This document shows positions 57,910-64,000 of a stretch of DNA of 64,000 nt, one piece after another (positions within the stretch are counted from its first letter, which is position 1; each line of letters begins with the position of its first letter). The translations under genes and the position numbers were made by a program. Origin of the DNA: an uncultured Alphaproteobacteria bacterium. Lineage in GTDB: Bacteria; Pseudomonadota; Alphaproteobacteria; RF32; CAG-239. Location of the stretch: assembly GCA_944391315.1 (NCBI GenBank), contig CALXTD010000005.1, positions 2,523 to 66,522 on the forward strand, in the 5' to 3' direction. The notes under the pieces were generated by a model. The model saw nothing but the letters and a program-made list of their open reading frames with translations. It did no database searches and was not told where the DNA came from.

Positions 57910-58566
57910 TGCCCGCGGGGGCCCCCCGCTCCTCAATATGGTACTAATTTCTGGGGTAATTCTGACAATAATTACGGCTTTGGTTCTTCAAATATTCACG
58001 ACAATATTGAGAATAGAGAGAACCAAACCGAACAGAGTTATGGGTTGGAAAACAGTAACACACCCCAATGGAGACTGAACAACACAGCTTTAGTGCAAAA
58101 TAATAATGCGTATCTTGATTTTAATGGAAAGGAATTACGTTGGCATCAAAATAATAAGGTAACTAATTCTTGGAAAGCAATGTCGGGGCAGCCTGATTAT
58201 CAATGTAAAGAATATGACCGCGTAAAAAATAAAGGTCCATTACCAGAAGGAAAATGGTTGGTAAGACAATCTCAACATCAGAATTATGACCAAACTCAAA
58301 CGATATGGGACAAATTAAAAAATAATCTTGGAGGAGGTGAATGGAGAGGTGGAAAAGCTTCTTGGGGAAACAACCGCATTTGGTTGGAACCAGCGCCTGG
58401 AACAGATAATAAAGACCGCACAGGCCTCTCTATTCATGGTGGTAAAGAGTATGGTTCTGGTGGATGTATTGATTTAACAGATAAGATGGATGATTTCACC
58501 GATAAATTTAAGAGATATGGACAAGACATGATTCTTAATGTAAAATATGATAAAGATTGTTGGTGA
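57910..58566 (+). CDS. orphan polymorphic-toxin C-terminal cassette 1; toxin domain Tlde1/DUF2778-like (L,D-transpeptidase fold)
   Basis: The frame opens right after TGA at 57907 and has no in-frame ATG (TTG at 58045 is possible). LDFNGKELRWH...AMSGQPDY...NKGPLPEGKWLV...WLEPAP...RTGLSIHGGKEYGSGGCIDL...ILNVKY fits the DUF2778 pattern as I remember it. Confidence 0.6.
   Translation, partial: CPRGPPAPQYGTNFWGNSDNNYGFGSSNIHDNIENRENQTEQSYGLENSNTPQWRLNNTALVQNNNAYLDFNGKELRWHQNNKVTNSWKAMSGQPDYQCKEYDRVKNKGPLPEGKWLVRQSQHQNYDQTQTIWDKLKNNLGGGEWRGGKASWGNNRIWLEPAPGTDNKDRTGLSIHGGKEYGSGGCIDLTDKMDDFTDKFKRYGQDMILNVKYDKDCW
57941..58032 (+). repeat. conserved pre-toxin junction, copy 1
   Basis: It matches 58963-59054 (offset 1022 nt) with about 7 mismatches in 92 nt by hand alignment. 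Confidence 0.9.
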
Positions 58567-58629
58567 TTTTTATTGTATCTTGGATAAATGCTCAATATAC
58601 TAAAAGCAAATTTAACCGAAGGTGTAATT

Positions 58630-58950
58630 ATGAAAAGAATTAAGCTGATACCTTTTTATCTCCTATTAGCTTTAAACGGATTTATAGTTTTTATATATAC
58701 TATAACATATCCAAAAGAAATGAGCAGCGACCAAATGCCTTGGAACTCTGAGGCTTTAGGTTGGGCATATGAAAACAAAATTAATTATACCATTTTTACA
58801 ATAATAGATATGCTGATAATAATTGCTCCTTCGGTTTATGCTTGGAAGAGCCATAAAACAAATCTGGTAAAATCCTATATAGTACTATCCATTCCTGCTT
58901 TTGTTTATCTTATACGCTATATATATTTTACTAACTTTTTTAACATATAA
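58630..58950 (+). CDS. candidate immunity protein 1 (small 3-TM membrane protein)
   Basis: ATG at 58630 with a GAAGGTG RBS. 106 aa, very hydrophobic, immediately downstream of toxin cassette 1. Confidence 0.5.
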   Translation: MKRIKLIPFYLLLALNGFIVFIYTITYPKEMSSDQMPWNSEALGWAYENKINYTIFTIIDMLIIIAPSVYAWKSHKTNLVKSYIVLSIPAFVYLIRYIYFTNFFNI

Positions 58951-58961
58951 ATATATCATAA

Positions 58962-59273
58962 AGTACAAACTTTTGGGGTAATTCTGACAATAACTATGGC
59001 TTTGGTTCTTCAAATATTCACGACAATATTGAGAATAGCGAGAACCAAACTGAATATGTGGGAAATTGCACTCCTTTTGGTATTGCCAAAAGAGCTTTTG
59101 AAGTGTATAAAATGTCTAATATCTCAAATCCTGTTAAAACCGGAAATAATGCAGTTGATTTTGCATTAGGAAAAATTCCAGCCATAAAAAAATGGAATAC
59201 TGGTTTTAATATAGGTAAATTGGGATTTGTAGCACAACAAACATATAATGATACATGTAAGCACAAAAATTAA
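58962..59273 (+). CDS. orphan polymorphic-toxin C-terminal cassette 2 (short, unknown toxin domain)
   Basis: The frame opens right after TAA at 58959 and has no in-frame ATG before the variable part (GTG at 59058 is possible). After the shared junction it diverges into a ~72-aa Gly/Asn/Lys-rich tail. Confidence 0.5.
   Translation, partial: STNFWGNSDNNYGFGSSNIHDNIENSENQTEYVGNCTPFGIAKRAFEVYKMSNISNPVKTGNNAVDFALGKIPAIKKWNTGFNIGKLGFVAQQTYNDTCKHKN
58963..59054 (+). repeat. conserved pre-toxin junction, copy 2
   Basis: See copy 1. It encodes TNFWGNSDNNYGFGSSNIHDNIENSENQTE. Confidence 0.9.
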
Positions 59274-59318
59274 TAACCAGATTTTTTTGCAAAAGCTATT
59301 ATAAAGGAGATAATATTT

Positions 59319-59741
59319 ATGAAAACGTTTGCTTGGCATGTTTTAATTTTAGGTGGATTTTACTTTATTATCTCCTTGCTCTCTTTTTTTCCGGAAAATT
59401 CCATTTTAAATACCATAAACATAGCGGCATTTATTATTTTTGCCTTAATGTTTTTCATTTTATGCTTTAAGAAAAAATATAATTTCATCAGCAGATTTCA
59501 AAACAAATTTACTAAAACAAGTATTTATTTGGCCGCTCTCGGTATTGGTGAATATTTTAGTATTATATTCATCACTATTCCCGGAACAATTTATGGATAC
59601 AAAGTCGCTATGGCACAGTATAACGGAGAGGAAATACCTTTAGCACCAATAAGCTATTTAAATAACATCTATTCCATATATCTTATTATTTCATGCATTT
59701 CCCTTATCTGGGCAACCTATAAAAGCTTTATAAAAAAATAG
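59319..59741 (+). CDS. candidate immunity protein 2 (4-TM membrane protein)
   Basis: ATG with an AAGGAG RBS. 140 aa, four hydrophobic segments, directly downstream of cassette 2. Confidence 0.5.
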   Translation: MKTFAWHVLILGGFYFIISLLSFFPENSILNTINIAAFIIFALMFFILCFKKKYNFISRFQNKFTKTSIYLAALGIGEYFSIIFITIPGTIYGYKVAMAQYNGEEIPLAPISYLNNIYSIYLIISCISLIWATYKSFIKK

Positions 59742-59794
59742 ATTTTTATTATCATAAATATACGCAGCCCCAACTTTCTAAACATCTTTATTGA

Positions 59795-59857
59795 ATTTTG
59801 CGCCGCCAAATGCTCGGCCTTTCACAAGAAAAATTAGCCGCCGCGCTTTCAGCTTAG
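59795..59857 (+). pseudogene. possible relic of an XRE-family HTH gene
   Basis: A 20-codon open stretch between stops reads ILRRQMLGLSQEKLAAALSA, a classic XRE helix-turn-helix core. It is GC-richer than the neighbouring islet. Confidence 0.3.
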
Positions 59858-60588
59858 CTTTTTTTGAAGAGTTTTTTCTTAGATTTTGATTTTACTTTTG
59901 CCTCAAGCTTTTCCGGCTCAACAATTCCGCATGAAACAACAAACTTCAGTCCTTCTTCAACCGACATATCTAATTCAATCACATCTTTCTTCGGTACAAA
60001 GATTAAAAAACCGGAGGTTGGATTTGGCGTTGTCGGCACAAACACATTCAGCATTTCGTCTTGCAGTTTTTTCTTCACTTCACCTTTTGTTTCCGCCCCG
60101 AGGAAGCCGATAACCCATAGCCCCTTGCGCGGATATTCCAGCAAAACACATTTTGAAAAAGCTCTGTCCTGATTAGAAAAAATCGTCTCAAAAACTTTTT
60201 TCAATAATGAATAGACACTGGAGACAACCGGCAACCGCCGCACCATCCAATCGCCGAGATGCACAAAAAACCGCCCGACAAATCCGGCCGCAAACATCCC
60301 GACAACAATCAAAAACAGCACCAGCAAAATAATTCCGATCCCCGGAACCGTCATCGGAATATTATACCGCTCCATAATCTCGGGAGGAATCAACTTATGA
60401 ACCGAGTTGTCAATCCACAAAAAGATTTCATAGGCAATATAAAAGGTAATGGCCACCGGCGCCGTCACCAAAATTCCGGTGAAGAAATAAGCTCTGATTT
60501 TTTCACCCAGCTTCATAAAAACCGCGCGCTCACGTTCCAAACGAATACGTTTGATATTTTTAGCACGTTCCTTCACAACATCACTCAT
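59854..60588 (-). CDS. DUF502-family membrane protein
   Basis: YFFTGILVTAPVAITFYI and a second TM segment, then VPTTPNPTSGFL, typical of DUF502. The start abuts the recJ stop. Confidence 0.75.
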   Translation of the reverse strand: MSDVVKERAKNIKRIRLERERAVFMKLGEKIRAYFFTGILVTAPVAITFYIAYEIFLWIDNSVHKLIPPEIMERYNIPMTVPGIGIILLVLFLIVVGMFAAGFVGRFFVHLGDWMVRRLPVVSSVYSLLKKVFETIFSNQDRAFSKCVLLEYPRKGLWVIGFLGAETKGEVKKKLQDEMLNVFVPTTPNPTSGFLIFVPKKDVIELDMSVEEGLKFVVSCGIVEPEKLEAKVKSKSKKKLFKKS

Positions 60589-62364
60589 TTATTGTCCACC
60601 TTTCCGCGCATCTTCAATAATAAACTGAAGAGAATTCCGCCCCTGCCACGTATCACGACGCAAAACGCCGACCACATCATAAAGAGAAACACTTGGCGCC
60701 AATAACTCTTTGCCAAGTTCAGTATCCGCCACCCGAAAAGCCATTGCCTTTAAGGAAGCGCCGTTATCACCGGATAAAAAGCAGCGCACATGCCCGCTAC
60801 CAAACAACGCCGACTTTTTAATATGTACATTTTTTAACATCAAACGCGGCTCGGCATTTCCGGCCCCAAAGGGCTCAAGCTTTTCCAGCTGTTCAACCAA
60901 AGACAAGGATGCCCCACCAACATCAAGACAAGCATCAATTTCCAAAACCGGAACAATTTTCTCATCACCGAGCTTTTCTTTAACATAAGACCCGACAAAC
61001 GCACGAAACTCTTCAACCTTATCTTCATTAAGAGAGAAACCGGCCGCCATAATATGCCCACCGCCTTTAGTTAAAAGGCCGCGCTCTTTAGCTGCAATAA
61101 TCAACGCCCCCAAATCGACATTCGGAATAGAGCGCGCAGATCCCTTGACTTCATCCGCCTCAATCGACATCACAAAAGCCGGTAAATTATAGCGCTCTTT
61201 CAGCTTTCCGGCCACAATTCCGATAACGCCTTGATGCCAGTCTTTTCCAATAGCAAAAGCAATCGGATAAGATTGCGGCTTTCCTTCCAGTTGCTCAATA
61301 GCCTCAAGCAAAACATAGGCCTCAATTTCTTTGCGTTGATCATTAAATTGATTAAGTTTATCAGCCAGCAGATTCGCTTCAACCTCTGTCTTTGCGCACA
61401 AAAGTTTATTACCGAGAGCCGCCTCGCCCACACGCCCGCAAGCATTAATTCTTGGCCCAAGAACAAAGCCTAGATGATAAGCGCGCGGCGCTTCTGACAC
61501 ATTAGACTTGTCAAACAAAGCCTTCAACCCCAGATTACGACGCTGCGCCATAACCTTTAACCCTTGCCGCACAAAAGCCCGATTAAGCCCGAGCAAAGGC
61601 ACCACATCACAAACCGTCCCCAGAGCCACCAAATCAAGCCAGTTCATCAAAGACGGCTCTTTATGTGTCTGATAAAACCCTCTTTGCCGCAAAAACCGAT
61701 TAACCGCCACCACGGTCATAAAGACAACCCCGACCGCCGCCATATATTTAAGATACGGATAGTCTGAATCTTCCTCATCGAGCCGCTTGGGGTTAACCAG
61801 CGCCAAAACATTCGGCAGCTTAACTTCGGCCTCGTGATGATCAAGCACCACTACTTCAAAACCCTTTTCACGAGCATAATTAAAAACATCAAAAGCCGTT
61901 GTTCCGCAGTCCACTGTCACCACAAACTTTATTCCCAGCGCGGCAAATTCATCAAAAGCCATCACACTCGGGCCATAACCTTCCTCTCGCTCGGGAATAT
62001 GAATAAAAGGCTCAATCCCGTTTGCCTCCAAAAATGAGCGCAAAACCGAAGTTGACGTCGCACCGTCAACATCATAATCGCCGATAATACCGATTTTTTC
62101 GTTATTTTGAATAGCCTCTGCGATTCTCTCTGCCGCAATCTGCATCCCCTTAAGACAATAAGGATCAGGCATAAGCCTCTGCAGCTTGGGCTCAATAAAA
62201 TCTTCAACCTCGTCGGGAGCAACCCCCTTTGCGGCCAATATCGCGCTCACAATATAAGACAGCCCATACCTCTGAGCAATAAGCTCTGCATTGCGCTCTG
62301 AAAATGAGCACATCTTCCACAAATTTCCGGCAAGAGATTTTTCGCTATCCGATACAGGCGTCAA
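60589..62364 (-). CDS. recJ: single-stranded-DNA-specific exonuclease RecJ
   Basis: DHH motifs GDYDVDGATS, VDCG and VVLDHHE, plus a DHHA1 GGGHIMAAG. The start is TTG at 62364, preceded by GAGGTGA. Confidence 0.93.
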   Translation of the reverse strand: MTPVSDSEKSLAGNLWKMCSFSERNAELIAQRYGLSYIVSAILAAKGVAPDEVEDFIEPKLQRLMPDPYCLKGMQIAAERIAEAIQNNEKIGIIGDYDVDGATSTSVLRSFLEANGIEPFIHIPEREEGYGPSVMAFDEFAALGIKFVVTVDCGTTAFDVFNYAREKGFEVVVLDHHEAEVKLPNVLALVNPKRLDEEDSDYPYLKYMAAVGVVFMTVVAVNRFLRQRGFYQTHKEPSLMNWLDLVALGTVCDVVPLLGLNRAFVRQGLKVMAQRRNLGLKALFDKSNVSEAPRAYHLGFVLGPRINACGRVGEAALGNKLLCAKTEVEANLLADKLNQFNDQRKEIEAYVLLEAIEQLEGKPQSYPIAFAIGKDWHQGVIGIVAGKLKERYNLPAFVMSIEADEVKGSARSIPNVDLGALIIAAKERGLLTKGGGHIMAAGFSLNEDKVEEFRAFVGSYVKEKLGDEKIVPVLEIDACLDVGGASLSLVEQLEKLEPFGAGNAEPRLMLKNVHIKKSALFGSGHVRCFLSGDNGASLKAMAFRVADTELGKELLAPSVSLYDVVGVLRRDTWQGRNSLQFIIEDARKGGQ

Positions 62365-62382
62365 TGAATCACCTCAATCTTC

Positions 62383-63294
62383 TTAGTAGCTAAGAAAGAC
62401 TTCAACACGACGGTTAAGGCGTTCACCCTCCGGCATAACTTCCAGATAAGCCGGCGCACTGTCTGATAATGCTTCAACCGAGATCAGCTCAGCCGGCATA
62501 CCGGCGCGACGCAGTTCTTCAGCCACAGCCTCAGCACGCTTCTGCGAAACCTTAAAGTTTGCAAGTTTATGAGAAACGATGTCCGTATCATTGGTACGGC
62601 TTGAAGCATGACCGACAACCCGAACATGAGCATTATCTTTCTTTGCGGCTCTTACGATTTTTCTGATTCTTTCACGATAATCGGCATCAAGGAATGAGCT
62701 TCCGTTCTCAAAATAAAATGTATCAAGCTGATAAGTCACACTCGGCACAAAAGCCTTTTCGGGCAAAGCCTCGGCTGTTGCAACTTCTTCCTCCGTCACA
62801 ACCGACAGCTCTTCTGTTTCAACGGGAGTCGTTTTAGCAGAACCGACCCGCTCCATTGATGCAATAAACTCCTCATCGGACAGATATTTTATATCCGGCA
62901 TTTTGCTGGTTTCTTCAGGTGTTTCTTCGGCAATTTTATCAACCAGCGGCTTTTCTTCTTCAGGCTCCGGCGCAGCTTGTTCTTCTTTTGGCTCAGGCTT
63001 TACATCATCTGCTTTTGCCTGAGACTTTTCTTCTTTAGCCACAACCTTTTTTTCCGATTCTTTCTTTTCCGGCTGTACTTTTTCTTTAGGCTCTTCTTTA
63101 GCTTCCGAAGCCGAAACTTTTTCCTCTGCCACAGCCACTTTTGCCTCTTCATCAAACTCATGTGCGGCAGAAGGCAAGCCCTCGCCCGCTACGATTTTAT
63201 TTCCGTCAGCTGCCGTATTTTTATCAAAAAACACAGCACAACCTGAGACCATAAACACACTCGACAAAAGCGCAATAGCATAAAAATTTTTCAT
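62383..63294 (-). CDS. OmpA-family peptidoglycan-associated lipoprotein with an acidic Lys/Glu-rich linker
   Basis: Lipobox-like FMVSGC. The C-terminal OmpA-like domain reads VVGHASSRT...VSQKRAEAVAEELRRAG...NRRVEVF. Confidence 0.8.
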   Translation of the reverse strand: MKNFYAIALLSSVFMVSGCAVFFDKNTAADGNKIVAGEGLPSAAHEFDEEAKVAVAEEKVSASEAKEEPKEKVQPEKKESEKKVVAKEEKSQAKADDVKPEPKEEQAAPEPEEEKPLVDKIAEETPEETSKMPDIKYLSDEEFIASMERVGSAKTTPVETEELSVVTEEEVATAEALPEKAFVPSVTYQLDTFYFENGSSFLDADYRERIRKIVRAAKKDNAHVRVVGHASSRTNDTDIVSHKLANFKVSQKRAEAVAEELRRAGMPAELISVEALSDSAPAYLEVMPEGERLNRRVEVFLSY

Positions 63295-63461
63295 ATCCAA
63301 ACCCTATATTTTATCCATAACTAAAGATATAGATATAATATAATCTTCCGTTAGACAAGCACAAATCGCAATAAAAAAACAAAAAAAACAATAAAGATTG
63401 TATTTTAAAGAGAAGTCGGTATAATTTCAAAAAAAAGACCTCAACCATAAAGGAGCCCCCA

Positions 63462-63989
63462 ATGAATGCAAGCGCAGTCGATTCGGCAATAGATGTAGCC
63501 TATTGGTTTTTTGACCGAGCAGAAGCCGACAAACAACTTCTTGAGGAAGAAAAACTTCAACCGCTTCTTTATTTATCCCAAGTATATTATGCGCGCACCT
63601 ATAACGGCGCGACATTGATGCCATCATTGTTCATCTGTGACGAAAACGGATTCTACGAACCCAATATCAAAAAGATATTAACACTCGGCCGCCCGTTTAT
63701 GCCGCGTGCAAAATTTGATAAAACCGTAAATAATTTTCTTGAAGAAATATGGGATAAATACGGCACCAGCAGCATTTCCTCGCTTGAAAAAACGGTCAAA
63801 GACAGCCTTCTTTATCGCAACAAATATAAAAAGAACACAAAAACCTTGGTTGAAAATAAAACAATAGTTGAATTTTTAAATAAGGATAGTAGAATATTTG
63901 AGAGCGAGGGAGAAAAAAACACCACCAAGGTTTTGCTCTCCCAAAACGGACCTGTCGTTGTCTCACGGTGGCAACCGAGAAAGATATAG
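63462..63989 (+). CDS. DUF4065 (Panacea/SocA-like) domain protein, possible antitoxin
   Basis: AIDVAYWFFDRA...KLQPLLYLSQVYYA...NGFYEPNI resembles the GepA/SocA pattern (dvA.yf...KLQKLLY...GPV.p.vY). AAGGAG RBS. Confidence 0.5.
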   Translation: MNASAVDSAIDVAYWFFDRAEADKQLLEEEKLQPLLYLSQVYYARTYNGATLMPSLFICDENGFYEPNIKKILTLGRPFMPRAKFDKTVNNFLEEIWDKYGTSSISSLEKTVKDSLLYRNKYKKNTKTLVENKTIVEFLNKDSRIFESEGEKNTTKVLLSQNGPVVVSRWQPRKI

Positions 63990-64000
63990 ACTTTGGTCTC

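Noticed and set aside
57784-59853. Secretion or delivery machinery (T6SS, CdiB/TPS, Rhs core, PAAR) adjacent to the toxin cassettes
   Set aside because: I looked on both strands. Only the two cassettes and two small membrane ORFs are present, so the delivery system cannot be named from this window.

Overview
This 64-kb window looks like a chromosomal segment of a low-GC, flagellated alphaproteobacterium. That assignment is inferred from MipZ, a CckA-like hybrid kinase, HdaA, a stand-alone F1 atpHAGDC operon, and the pyrH-frr-uppS-cdsA-rseP-bamA-lpxD-fabZ gene order. Most of the window is tightly packed housekeeping: lon (partial), F1 ATP synthase, priA, xerC, rpmG, xthA, dgt-like, nagZ, tRNA-His, a PBP5-SPOR fusion, mipZ, pgm, fliQ-fliR-flhB, a cckA-like gene, hdaA, a TetR-controlled RND pump, the envelope-biogenesis cluster, plsY, dprA, topA, mlaA/mlaC, a DegT aminotransferase and recJ. 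I saw no rRNA, CRISPR array, IS element or transposase; xerC is the only recombinase. Five accessory parts stand out. (1) At 57.9-59.75 kb there is an AT-rich islet with two toxin C-terminal cassettes that lack an ATG. They share a 92-nt junction, and each is followed by a small multi-TM immunity-like gene. The first toxin domain looks like Tlde1/DUF2778 (L,D-transpeptidase fold). (2) At 50.0-54.0 kb there are three tandem paralogous genes for very cysteine-rich secreted proteins. They have internal Cys repeats, DUF1566-like C-termini and duplicated promoter/leader regions. (3) At 37.17-37.67 kb, directly after the fabZ stop codon, lies a 2 x 254-bp tandem repeat built from two diverged hairpin modules that show compensatory base changes. 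(4) At 34.5-36.5 kb there is a 672-aa protein with a GH24 lysozyme-like core and C-terminal TPRs. (5) Next to lon there is a phage-type repressor module whose S24 peptidase has Ala at the catalytic Ser position. All functional calls come from motif recognition by eye; no database search was run.
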